A DNA stretch of 62,983 bases, the filler included, from Octopus bimaculoides (lineage: Eukaryota): NCBI RefSeq assembly GCF_001194135.2. It is 6 parts of 6 records of this genome, joined end to end, with 100 filler letters (N's around TTAATTAATTAA, not from the genome) between each part and the next. Parts side by side here need not be neighbours in the genome. Positions count along the whole stretch, not along the records: positions 1 to 29,147 come from NC_068995.1; 5 more parts are not named here. One strand, given 5' to 3'. Both the position numbers and the translations under genes were made by a program. This document shows positions 11,406 to 23,289 of the stretch, in pieces. The notes beneath the pieces are model-generated. The model had not been told where the DNA came from. It saw only the letters and a program-made list of their open reading frames with translations, and did no database searches. How positions within the stretch are numbered: the stretch's first letter is position 1; every line of letters begins with the position of its first letter.

Positions 11406-13603
11406 TCATGTAATTACGTATATGTCTGACTCTTGTGAAGGTGTGTATGTAAGTATGTATGTATGTATGTATGTATGTATGTATGTATGTATGTATGTAT
11501 GTATATATATATATTAACATAATATGGTAAAAATTCGATATTAATTAATATCAATTTAATACCAGGAAACTAGCACATTAAAAGAATCAGAAGGTTCTTC
11601 AAAAAATTTTTGGGGAGATCCTAAAAAGATTATAGTACTTGTGTATATAAGATTGACCAGTGACCGGTCTGTCAAAATGCTAGAAGAAGCTCACTTAAAA
11701 AATTCCCAAATACGGATTCATCCGAGCAAAAAACAGGCGGGCTAGACCAGTGAAAATAGTACATACCCCGATTATCTGCAGACTATAGTTTCAAAATCAA
11801 CACTTTCAAAATAAAAGTGTCTGTTTATCTTCAGTACAGATTGCCGATATTTTTACAATCGAACAGAATCTCGTGCTAGTTGTCTTCAACTAGTGAAAGC
11901 GTGCACGTGATTCTATCCATTAGAANNNNNNNNNNNNNNNNNNNNNNNNNNNNNNNNNNNNNNNNNNNNNNNNNNNNNNNNNNNNNNNNNNNNNNNNNNN
12001 NNNNNNNNNNNNNNNNNNNNNNNNNNNNNNNNNNNNNNNNNNNNNNNNNNNNNNNNNNNNNNNNNNNNNNNNNNNNNNATATATATATATTTATGTATGT
12101 CTCAATTACAATGCTCCTTGGAAAATGACTAGTTATGTCATTGCTCTCTGACAGTGTCATGCTTCTTAACTTTTTTTTAACCTGATATATTCAGTTTTGG
12201 TGATATGTGCTTAAATAATATTCTTAAAATATTTTATTTCTAAGAAAGATCATGACAACGTTTCAACAATCAGGGCTTAGTCTCTAGCGTCTTCTTGAAG
12301 ATTGCCGCTGCTCGTGAAGTCACAACACCTCCATAGGTTCTGAACATTGATAATTCCCTAATTTGAGACTCACTGTACTAAAGTATCCAGTAAAATCGTT
12401 GCACTGCAAATTCCTTTCAGAAATCTGCACCTTACGACGGACAGATATGTTTACAGAGTATCTGTGGCTTTACTTGCCTACAGGTAGAATACCCAAATGA
12501 ACGCTAGTGTGCATAGTGGCAAAATTTGCTTTAATTTGATTCCTTAGAAACGAGATAGTATGAAAATATTTTGGGCAATTTTATCGGCGGTTAGTATCCA
12601 GTTCACGAGAATTAACTTTTCATATCTTCTAAGTACCACATTGTCAGTTGGTTAGCATATTAGTGGTAGTTTTTGACAACCTTTCGTTGTAGTCTCTGAC
12701 AAGTTCTATTTTTTCCTTCAAAGAAATTCCTCTAACTTACTTGATATACATTTTTGTACTTAATAGGTTTTGTGAAATATATGATCTCTCAGACTGGCCG
12801 TCTTGCTACTGAAATACTAAAAGAAAAATGTAATGTTCTGTCTTAAACTAACGATCCATTGAATGTTAGCAGACATTTTCAAGCTGAAATTAAATTACAA
12901 CGTCAATGAATATATTTCCAAGTGAAATGAAGCAAGATGCAAATATCCTGGAATGGTTTGTGTTTTTTATTGCTTGCATGTTATTATTCTGCGATTCTCG
13001 ACTTTCCGCTAACATCGTCGTTTGCAGGCAAACATCGAGGACGATAGAAAGAATTGTAACGCTGCCGTCTCTCTATCAGATAGACTTCTGGATTCGATCA
13101 TTCCGCGGTCACAAAGTGTGTTCACGGTTTCAATGTTCAGCTTGCTCCAATTCGTTTCATTTCACGTGGATGTCGGCGCCATTCACCGAAGTGTGCGGTG
13201 TGTGTTCTCTCATCTATGGTCCCGTTTTCACACGATCCAAACTTAGGCACTCACAGCGAAAACCCCCAAAATTGAAATGGTGACCACATGTCACTGATAT
13301 TAGCGTGGGCTAGTTTTGTGTTAGTAATGATCCGTTCGGGAAACAAGTAACAAGATTAATTTTTATCTAAACACTCGAGAAAATTGAAATATATTTTGGT
13401 GATTCCCTCCTGAAAATGTAAGGATATATATTACTCTAATTCAAATTGTGTTGTTGCCAATGATGTAAAGTCAAATGAAAATTCTTGTAATAACTACAAC
13501 TCTATATTGTATTAATGTTGCAGTTGTTCTACCTTAGTTCAATTGTGAACTAATAGACCAATGAGCAGATTCATTTCAGTCATCACATATTGTCAATGTT
13601 TCA

Positions 13604-14028
13604 GGCGGAGAGATGGCGGAAACGTTAGCACGTCGGGCGAAATGCTTAGCGGTATTTCGTCTGCCGTTACGTTCTGAGTTCAAATTCCGCCGAGGTCGAC
13701 TTTACCTTTCATCCTTTTGGGGTCGATAAATTAAGTACCAGTTACGCACTGGGGTCGATGTAATCGACTTAATCACTTTGGCTGTCCTTGTTTGCCCCCT
13801 CTATGTTTAGCCCCTTGTGGGCAATAAAGAAATAAGAAACGTTAGCACACCGGCCGGTTGAAATGCTTAGTTGTATTTCGTCTGTATTTACGTTCTGAGT
13901 TCAAATTCCACCGCGGTCGACTTTGCCTTTCATCCTTTAAGTACCAGTTGCGTACTGAGGTCAATCTAATCGACTGGCCCCCTCCCATAAAATTTCGGCC
14001 CTTGTGCCTAGAGTAGAAAAAAAAAAGA
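13604..14028 (+). mobile_element. Dimeric tRNA-derived SINE (family A) with 16-bp TSD
   Basis: Two head-to-tail units (13604-13835; 13836-14028), each with the B-box-like GAGTTCAAATTCC; TSD ATATTGTCAATGTTTC (13587-13602) / ATATTGTCAATATTTC (14029-14044). Confidence 0.9.
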
Positions 14029-14140
14029 ATATTGTCAATATTTCGTTCCTGTTTTTACTGAAGACTGTTCTCTAGGATTTGATAAATATTTGTGTATGTG
14101 CCTGTGTATATATTTGTATTTGGGAATCTCTCCGTTACAG

Positions 14141-14436
14141 TACAGTTCTATATTTAAGAGATGAGGAATTATGTACATTATTTACATTATTTTCTGTGCC
14201 TGTGGGCATATGGTGTAGTGGTTAAGAGCACGGGCTACAAACCCCGAGATTCCGAGTTCGATTCCAGGCAGTGACCTGAATAATAATAATAATAATAATA
14301 GTAATAACAACAACAACAACATCGAAAAATACCCAGGTTCGAAATTTGCCCAAGACACCGCATGCAGGCTGGGGGGTATATCAGCCGAAACGTTGTGTAA
14401 ATAACAAAGAAGATGGGGACAAATATGTAAATAATG
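14141..14436 (+). mobile_element. tRNA-headed non-autonomous retroelement with decayed hammerhead-like motif and an inverted terminal segment
   Basis: A box TGGTGTAGTGG (14211-14221), B box GAGTTCGATTCC (14254-14265), (AAT)n, GGCTG-loop-CAGCC-GAAACGTT (14367-14394); 12-bp direct repeat TCTCCGTTACAG at 14129-14140 and 14437-14448. Confidence 0.8.
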
Positions 14437-15309
14437 TCTCCGTTACAGATTGATAACAGGTGATGGATACTTTACGTGCTTGTACTTTAGTGATTCAGCA
14501 AATAGATCGATAGAGGAAGTACCAGACTTTAAAATGATGCACTGAGGGAGATTTCAGTTAAGCCATTCAAGGTAGTGCCACAACATGGTCAAAGACCAAT
14601 CTAATGGCTAAACTAAGTAAAAGATAAAAGGATGTTTTGACAGACTGGGTGACTACAAACTGATTTCTTAATTTATTGAGGTTCACTTATGTGAATTTGA
14701 ACACGGAACTAGTAATAACGAAATCAATGAGCCAATCGAACAATATTTATTTAGTTAACTACTACATTGTCAAATAATGTGCTATATCAATCAGCTTTAG
14801 AAAAATTAAACAATTTCATCATGAAGCTAATGAGACTTAGATATAAAGTATTAAAGTATCACATGCATAGTAACCCCACTCCTTTGATCCGGTAGTTTAA
14901 TTGATCAGAAATAATACTTGTCGTATATAAAATTCTATGATGTATTTATTTCGGTACTCTGTAAAATTTCAGTCAGTTTTTTTTCTGTCTCTTCGGAGAA
15001 ACTAATAAACAGCGGTATTAAGTAACAACTCTATGATAGTCGTACATTTTCTTATCATTTCTCTAGTGCAGTGTGCGATTTGTGCATAAGTATTCATTTG
15101 CACATTAGTGTCTGATAAACTGCATATATTTTCGGTGTGAATAGAGTGATAATACAGAAATTAGATTTACCAAAGCAATTGTAACTGCCATTAAGTACTA
15201 TATGCTTAATTCAAAATCTTCAATAGACACTGATAGAAGATATTCTAAGTGGATCCTTATATATATANNNNNNNNNNNNNNNNNNNNNNNNNNNNNNNNN
15301 NNNNNNNNN

Positions 15310-15741
15310 ATTCAGTTGTTCTACTAGGGTTTGCAGGACGCCATCGTCGAGCTCTATAGATCTTCCAGGACTCGGCTTGTCTTCTAAGCTGTAGTTTCCG
15401 GCTCAGATTTTCTGGAACCACCGTTGACACTGGCTTGCGTTTATTGTCCGATCCCCATATACTGCATTGATATTCCTCGCTCTTTCCGTTGGGTTGTTAT
15501 CTTTACTGAACTCATAAAAGCAAAATATGATGAATATACTCCTTTCTCACTTCCATTATAGCTTTGAAAAAATAACTGTTAAAATCGAACTGCAGTTTTC
15601 AAAAATTGCACTAAGGATCGGTTCAATGTAAAATTACTATCTGCTTCTCTAGCAAGTTGATGCAGGTGGTTCATTCCGTCCCTCTCCGACTTCTAGTTCA
15701 TGTTATTGGAACAACCGCATTATTTACGGGATGACCTAATA
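15310..15741 (-). mobile_element. Mariner 5' half (same family as 7540-8445), truncated by a gap
   Basis: Aligns by eye with 8070-8445; TIR CCGCATTATTTACGGGATGACCTAATA; KEYIHHILLYEFSKDNNPTE...SQCQRWFQK on the minus strand. Confidence 0.85.
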
Positions 15742-15794
15742 TTATCAAATGCATTCTTTCCTTCACATGACAGCCGGGCTTGATTCAACGAAAA

Positions 15795-15952
15795 TTTAGT
15801 TGCTATTTCTACTAAGAAGTGCGACCTCTTGAAGGCATTTCTTGTGTTCATCAAATATTTATTGTATGACGTTGACTGAAGAAAGATTAATGACTTCAAA
15901 TACGTGGCCAGCATTAAACAACAACAACAACAACAATAACAACAACATCAAC

Positions 15953-16012
<60 letters not shown>
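15795..16012 (+). mobile_element. Degenerate family D repeat with (CAA)n/(AAT)n tail
   Basis: TTTAGTTGCTATTTCTAC motif shared with 18385-18405 and 61908-61928; ends in (CAA)n then (AAT)n. Confidence 0.4.
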
Positions 16013-16014
<2 letters not shown>

Positions 16015-17699
16015 CTGTTGGGTAAGAGTGTTAAGGATGATTTGCTTGTAATTCGAGCAACAACATAGAGTCTATTTCACTGTCTCGACCATTTTAATTT
16101 CTAGTTGATCGCTCACCTTGAAATTGCTGACTAGAGGAGAACTAGAAACGTAACGAGTTACGAGTTAAGTATAAATATATTTTAAACGAGATAAATTATA
16201 TCGAAAAGTTGGCAGAGATGTGAGATGTTGGCAGTTGATAAAGGAGTGAGAAATTTCTGGCAATTTTCAACTGATAATACTATAATAATACTTACCGTTA
16301 TTCGATAATAGTTATTATTACTCGATAATAGTTATAATTATTCTATTTTATTATCTCTCCGCAAGAGATTGTCTGCTTTCATATTGATATTACAGATAAA
16401 TGCTTTACAGTTTTTACTGGAGGGAAAGAAGAGGAAACACTTCTAATTTGTACTGTATTTTACAGAAAATATTGTTTCATATTCAAATTTCCTTTCTCCA
16501 AGAGAACAAAATCGAAAGAACCCATCCATCACTACAATAGAATTATTGTGTACAAGGCAACGGATGGGCACTGATGGAATCTTTCTGGTTGTTTGGAATA
16601 TTGGGTATGATGTGAGAACATTTGGTTGTTAGATCTAACACCCAAGCTTCCTCATATCACACCGCGCCATCTTATCACATCTCGGCATATTTCACACTTC
16701 ACCATACGTAGATCATGAATGATATGACCGTTTTTATCTGTTATAAGCTGAGTATTTACACCTGAAAGTTCCTAGTCCAGAAGCTGCCCTAAGCAAGGTT
16801 TTATAGAGGAAGGTTAGAAACTGCCCATGTATGCAAACCTCCTCTTCTTATGTCACCAATGATATCCATTGAAAAGCAAAGCCAATAAAACTTGGAACCA
16901 GTGTCGTGACAGGCGTTGCCGTCAGAACGAGCAGAGTCGGAAGAGACACCGTGAAGCTACCTCTTCACAGCCAGCCCTAACAGTTTCTTTCATCTACCAC
17001 CTTGTATTGGACTTATTTCATTGACATTTTGGCACTCAATCCAGGACTTTGAATTGGTAGAATTGTAAGACCTATGTACGAAGTTCCTTGTGATATCTGT
17101 GCCGGACCTCTACAGCTGAATACTATAACAATAGATAAATAAGTTGGGATGGTCACTAATGGAACGCTGTGGATCAGATCTGACCGTGTGCCAAGTAATA
17201 CCAATTACTTCAACACTTTATCTGATATGCATAGATTAGCTAAGAGATGAGAAAAGCTTTCGGTTTTGATCTGTCACAATAAATGAGTAACAGAAACCAG
17301 ATGTTTTCGCTTAATAACATGTCACACCTGATTAGGCAAGTTTATAGTCAAACGTTCTCCAAACGTGGCCATTCGCTTTTCTTTGTGTTTCAGGCAGCAG
17401 TTATTAAATGCATCCCGCATTTTATAAGAAAATAGGATACGAAAATGAGTGAAAATTGGTTATTGTTTTTAGCAGCACGTTCTGTAATGTTAAGGTTTCC
17501 ATGCAGACTGGAGATCAGATAAAACTGTGTCTGTGCACAATGGAAGTCGGTGAAGGAGACTAGCTAGGGGACTGAAAATACGGTATCGTTGATACCGTGT
17601 ATTTCTATAACTCATTATTTCTATAACTCGCCTGCTCCCGAGGCAATGTACAATGCCCAGTACTATTTCTCTTCGTTATTATGAAATATATAAGATTAA

Positions 17700-17880
17700 G
17701 GCGATGATCTAGCTGAATCATTAGTGTGTTGGAGGTAAGAAAATACCACGTGGCGTGGGTTCTGAATTTTTAGATACTCCGTTCAAATCTAACGAAACTC
17801 AGTTTTGCCTTTCATCCCTTCAAGTACCGACCAACCACTGAGGTTTGATAGTATTTGACTTAACCATTTGCATTAAAATT
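17700..17880 (+). mobile_element. Degenerate SINE family A copy
   Basis: GTTCAAATCT...TTTTGCCTTTCATCCCTTCAAGTACC core. Confidence 0.5.
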
Positions 17881-17914
17881 CTTCGCATTCTTTCTGTCTA
17901 CAATACACACAAAG

Positions 17915-18050
17915 CCTGAAATTCAGTGGGAGAAGACGAGTCGATTACATCCATTCCAGTGCTCAACTGGGCCCCATTTTATCGATCCCAGAAGGATGAA
18001 AATTGAAGTCACTCTCGGAAGAATTAGAACTCAGAGCACGAAGACGAGTC
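17915..18050 (-). mobile_element. SINE family A copy (antisense)
   Basis: GAGTCGATTACATC...CCAGTGCTCAACTGG...TTTTATCGATCCCAGAAGGATGAAA...GAACTCAGAGC is the reverse complement of the family A core. Confidence 0.6.
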
Positions 18051-20276
18051 ACTTTCTCTGGTGTGGTGACGATTCGGTCAGTAGTATATTACAGGTAATT
18101 TATTCTTTTACAAAAACATTCTTTTAAATAAACTAAGGAAGGCTAACACCTATGACTGTTTTCTGAGTCTTTAAGTATAATGGGAGGAAGGCAGGAAGAT
18201 ACTCTCTGAAGATCAGGATCACCAATGCATCAAACAGAGTGAGCTATGTCTCAAGCATCACTGTACAAGTCGATGGTTTTATGCTGGGTGGTGGTTGATG
18301 TCTACCGTACCGTATACCTTACCTTACATTATTTAACGTGTTTCTTTGAGCCAAATGTTTGTATTTCGAGGATATTTGACTGTTATTTCTAGCAGGTCAC
18401 TCAGAGATACCTCGTTGATATCCCTGAGTGAGCTGTGCTGATTATCATTCTAAGAAATCAAACTAGTTCTTGAAACATTCGGTGCCTCGTTCACGAGACA
18501 TCTCGTACCTTTCAGCGTTGACTTTATAAAATCTATCATAGTATACCTTAAAGAATGTTGCTGTAAAATTAGACGGATCATTATCAAACATCGCTTGGTA
18601 GAACTGATTAAGAAAGAAACATCGAAGGAAAGTCATGGTTGCTTTATCTACATGAAGAAGCAGCCAAGTATTCCTCAAAAGAAAAACATCGCACATCGTC
18701 TGGAAAATGGAATGACACGTTAGACAATTTAGTTCTATGTCTACCAAAAGACGAGATAATCGCTGCTGGAATACCTTTAATTATAGGTCTACTCAATCAA
18801 AGTTGACCTGGGGTTAAACAACAACAACAATTGATTAGGAAAAGTTTTTATACAATGAACTCTATGACATTCAGTTGAGATAAGTAACTATTGAGCGAGT
18901 GAATTTGTGGATAAATATACTTCCTTTTTTTTAATGATTTACTTAGTTTACACAATAAATGTTGTGAATTTTATTTTAGCATTGTAATGTGTCTGAATCA
19001 CAAAGAATTAAAACTTGAAACCGTAAGACAGTCTATCCTATCTCTATGTGTATATAATGGGAAATGAAAACAAAAGCTTCCAATAATAAAATGCTGATAC
19101 AAAGATTGTGTTGAACTGTGGTCATATAGTTTAAATTATCAGCAAACATCAAAACAACCGCTTTAGGAACGTGTAACTTATCTGAATCGAGAAAAGTTTA
19201 TGTTTTGCTCTCGGCATTTCTGGTCATTTCCACCAAGGAGAAAATAGAGAAGTTACTTTTCGTTAAAATAAGTATCTGTGTTGAATGTCTTAGACAACGT
19301 GATAGATTATTTCTTTGTAGCAAATTCTTTATCGATGCTTATTAGAAATGGCCTCTTGATATTTTGTTTGAAAAGATTCTGATATCTAAGAAGTTGTCAG
19401 TTTGCTGCTGGTTTTTCAATTCACTTATATTAGATTGTTTAAAAATGGAACGAACGTTCTTTCACTCCGGCTTTCTATGTCTTCTTTTAAAGACTTCTAG
19501 GAATGTATGTTTTTTTGTTGATACAATTGTAAAATATGTATTAGCTAAAATATTTGTATCACCTTCATTTAGGAGTCTGTCGGTAGAATTGCAGGATATA
19601 AATCTGCGGAAAAATATCATTCATTTTCTTTTGACGGCAATGCAACATTGGGGCAACGGTTAGAAGGGGCATACTTTCTGTGTATGCCTGGTAAGTGCCA
19701 CGCTCCGTAAATAGTACTTTTCCTTATACTGCTGCGTAATATTTTTGAAATCAAATACGATGCACCGAGAAGCAAAGATTAACTGATTTTGAAGCCGTAT
19801 CATAAATAGCCTAAACTTTGTATGACTATGATTATATTTAGGTTAAATCAATAGGTTCAGTTCATTATGACAGCACACCCAGTGACTGCACCTAAACTAC
19901 GTCACTGATGGGTAACTCATTCTCAAATGGTCAATCAGAATACCTCTAAATATGTATCATAGTGATGCACCCTTTAGCTTTGAAAGCTATAGGTTAAAAC
20001 TATAAAGAAAAGGAAAATTACGTATGTTAAAAAGTTTTTGAGTGAAAAAAAAACACCAGCTAATATTTCGAACACAGTCTGTCATGGAAGAGTGCTTTAA
20101 AATGTTTTGACATTTTGATAGATTCCTAGTATGAATGATAGACTTAGCAGCACCCTTCATTCTAAGTTCAGAAGAAGCACAACTGGTTGAGGTGATATGA
20201 TTTGGATCCCGCTTATATTGCCCAAATTTTAACCCACCAAATGTCTTCGAATTTTAGACCGATTACTGAGTTCAAA

Positions 20277-20520
20277 TATTGGGTTTTATACTTATTTCTA
20301 CAATTCGTTGATGCTTTGGACACATACATCTCGATAAAATGAATTCTTTTATGGCTTATGTAGAAACGTGAGTTGTACCGACGAAAGCCACCTTTCTGCC
20401 AGTTCTTTGATCCCACAGTATACCAGTTCTTGTCCTTCGGAGTGAAGAACTCCCTAACTGAACATTCAACTTCTTGGTTGAAGAAGCCATGTGAGCGCAG
20501 GAAGTGCGCCATGGATTAGG
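20277..20520 (-). mobile_element. Mariner 3' end fragment
   Basis: MAHFLRSHGFFNQEVECSVREFFTPKDKNWY (mariner C-terminal helix region); terminus ...AAAACCCAATA on the minus strand. Confidence 0.75.
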
Positions 20521-20574
20521 AAGCAAGTAATAATCCGAGGGAAATATTGTTCAGGCAATTCTAACGTGCATAAG

Positions 20575-21118
20575 CAGTGGTTAAGCAAAGGTCAGCTTCC
20601 GGAACTTGTCGCCAGATATGGGTGCTTTCGATACAAGATGACGCTCTGCGTCTGATGAAATTATGAAAAGATAATTCCTAATGAGTTCGTTCAGGACTGT
20701 CGAACAATCGATACCACCTGTACTCCGAAGAGCTGGAACAGATAAATATCTTTTTGCAGTAAAAATACTCGCCGTTGGTTAACAGAAAGCGAGTTCATCT
20801 GCTGCAAAACAGCGCAAGTTCGAACAACCTGCAATAAATTCCACGAACTTGAGGGTATTACGACCAGCATAGAGTCCTGACCTAAGCCTCTTGGAATATC
20901 ACTTGTTCGAATCCATGGTTCACTACCTGCATCAACCAAATGACTGTGGAGGCTTGAGTGGAGGAGTTGCGTCTAAGGGCAAAAACTGGTATCAGCATGG
21001 GATCAGAGAACTGGAAGAAACGTGACTTCAGACCTCACTAGACTGCCTTTGTTGTAACTTGAAGAACACGAGTAAATAAGTAAACAAAATATTGCAATAC
21101 ATTTGATTCAACACAATA
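20575..21118 (+). mobile_element. Mariner 3' half (decayed DD34D region to right TIR)
   Basis: Frameshifted QWLSKGQLPE, VNRKRVHLLQ, PAYSPDLSLLEYHLFESMVHYLHQ and SKGKNWYQHGIRELEE equivalents; terminus ...TTCAACACAATA-TA. Confidence 0.8.
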
Positions 21119-21700
21119 TACAGACACCCCACCCTCTCCCTCACTCACACATGTATATGTACCTCATATACACACATAGATATATGTATATTTGTGTATA
21201 TGCATTTGTGCGTGTTGTGTATGTGATTCTATAGATATCTAATAGTATTGTTTTCCATTCACTGAAAGCAACATTTAAAATTTTATCAGGCCCAAGTGTC
21301 GTCGTACGTTTGACATTTTGTTTTCCAAGTTTTTTACGTTATCTACCTTTAATTTGTCTCAGTAGGTTAAACGTACATCAGGAAGCACGAGTTATTTAAA
21401 ATAAAATATAAGAAAAAACATTTTCTTTTAAGCAAATAAATCACAGTGGGTGTATTATTCTTGACTGTATACTAAACTTACTTCACTCTAAGAAATCAGG
21501 AGGACGCTGTCGGAAAACACTGCTCTCTTTTAGCTTGTCAAAACGCCGGAAAACGTCCGCCGAGAAACGTTAAAACAAAATGAAATACAAAATATTTTCT
21601 CTTCATAATGATTTTATACTTTTTGAATTATGCACTTCTCGATTATGGCGGAAGAATTGTGGCTGTAGTAATATTACAATATAGTGAATAAAGCGCCTCG

Positions 21701-22498
21701 TCTTCTTCTTCTTCTTCTTCTTCTTCTTCTTCTTCTTTTTCTTCTTCTTCTTCTTCATCTTCTTCTTCTTTTTCTTCTTCTTCTTCTTTTTCTTCTTCTT
21801 CTACTTCTTTTTCTTCTTCTTCTCCTCATCCTCCTCCTCCACTTCCTCATCCCCCCTCNNNNNNNNNNNNNNNNNNNNNNNNNNNNNNNNNNNNNNNNNN
21901 NNNNNNNNNNNNNNNNNNNNNNNNNNNNNNNNNNNNNNNNNNNNNNNNNNNNNNNNNNNNNNNNNNNNNNNNNNNNNNNNNNNNNNNNNNNNNNNNNNNN
22001 NNNNNNNNNNNNNNNNNNNNNNNNNNNNNNNNNNNNNNNNNNNNNNNNNNNNNNNNNNNNNNNNNNNNNNNNNNNNNNNNNNNNNNNNNNNNNNNNNNNN
22101 NNNNNNNNNNNNNNNNNNNNNNNNNNNNNNNNNNNNNNNNNNNNNNNNNNNNNNNNNNNNNNNNNNNNNNNNNNNNNNNNNNNNNNNNNNNNNNNNNNNN
22201 NNNNNNNNNNNNNNNNNNNNNNNNNNNNNNNNNNNNNNNNNNNNNNNNNNNNNNNNNNNNNNNNNNNNNNNNNNNNNNNNNNNNNNNNNNNNNNNNNNNN
22301 NNNNNNNNNNNNNNNNNNNNNNNNNNNNNNNNNNNNNNNNNNNNNNNNNNNNNNNNNNNNNNNNNNNNNNNNNNNNNNNNNNNNNNNNNNNNNNNNNNNN
22401 NNNNNNNNNNNNNNNNNNNNNNNNNNNNNNNNNNNNNNNNNNNNNNNNNNTCTTCTTCTTCTTCTTCTTCTTCTTCTTCTTCTTCTTCTTCTTCTTCT
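21701..22498. repeat. (CTT)n microsatellite spanning an N gap
   Basis: Direct reading on both sides of gap 21859-22450. Confidence 0.9.
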
Positions 22499-22956
22499 GC
22501 CGTCTACTTTTACTTATTCTGCTTCCGCTACGTTCTTCTTTTTTTACTTTTGTTGGGGGTGGAGACACCTACCCACAATTTTCCTCTTGTCTCCAGAAAA
22601 AAAAAAAAGAAAACAAAACAAGAACAAAATGGAACTCACAAACAAACAAGCTGTCTTTTCTTTACTCGCATATCGAATCCAAGAATTCTTCATTCTCGAG
22701 ATTGTCTCTTCAAATGTAGCTGGTACCAATTACCATTAACCATTTGTTTACTCACTCCCGAAGCAAGGAGAATCTCAGTAAACTAAACACTGGTTTTGTA
22801 TATTATTTGGTATACCTTAATTTTGTCTTTGCTGTTGAAATTCATTACTCCGGGCATTCTAGGTTGTTTCAGCAAACTCATGCTTTTCTTAGAATTTGGA
22901 AATTACTCCTGACCATCTCCTACAAAAGGTATCTTTCTAAGATATACATACGTATG

Positions 22957-23001
<45 letters not shown>

Positions 23002-23098
23002 GTGTGTGTGTATGTATGTATGTATGTATGTATGTATGTATGCACGTATGTATGTATATATGCATGTATGTCTATCTATTTACCTATCTACTTATCTA

Positions 23099-23129
<31 letters not shown>

Positions 23130-23235
23130 ATCTCTTTTTTTCTCTCTCGATCCCTTTTGATCGAACTCCCCCCTTTTTCCCTTCCTACGATCTCTTTTGA
23201 TCGACCTCCCCTAGATAGATAGATAGGTAGGTAGG

Positions 23236-23289
<54 letters not shown>

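Noticed and set aside
11520-11925. Non-microsatellite block that looks like an interspersed repeat
   Set aside because: No second copy, terminal structure or translatable motif in the window; cannot be classified without a search.
12253-12300. Hammerhead-like remnant on the minus strand (...CAAGAAGAC...GTTGAAACGTTG)
   Set aside because: CUGANGA core not intact, helix II and helix I poorly paired.
14204-14275. Possible tRNA genes here and at 42985-43060
   Set aside because: A/B boxes are present but acceptor stems do not pair and they continue into SINE bodies bracketed by TSDs; they are SINE heads.
16125-16158. CTGAC-TAG...CTA-GAAACGTA
   Set aside because: Lacks the conserved GA after CUGAN and has no helix I.
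18463-18747. 94-aa minus-strand ORF
   Set aside because: No recognisable motif or splice context; lies among family D repeat fragments.
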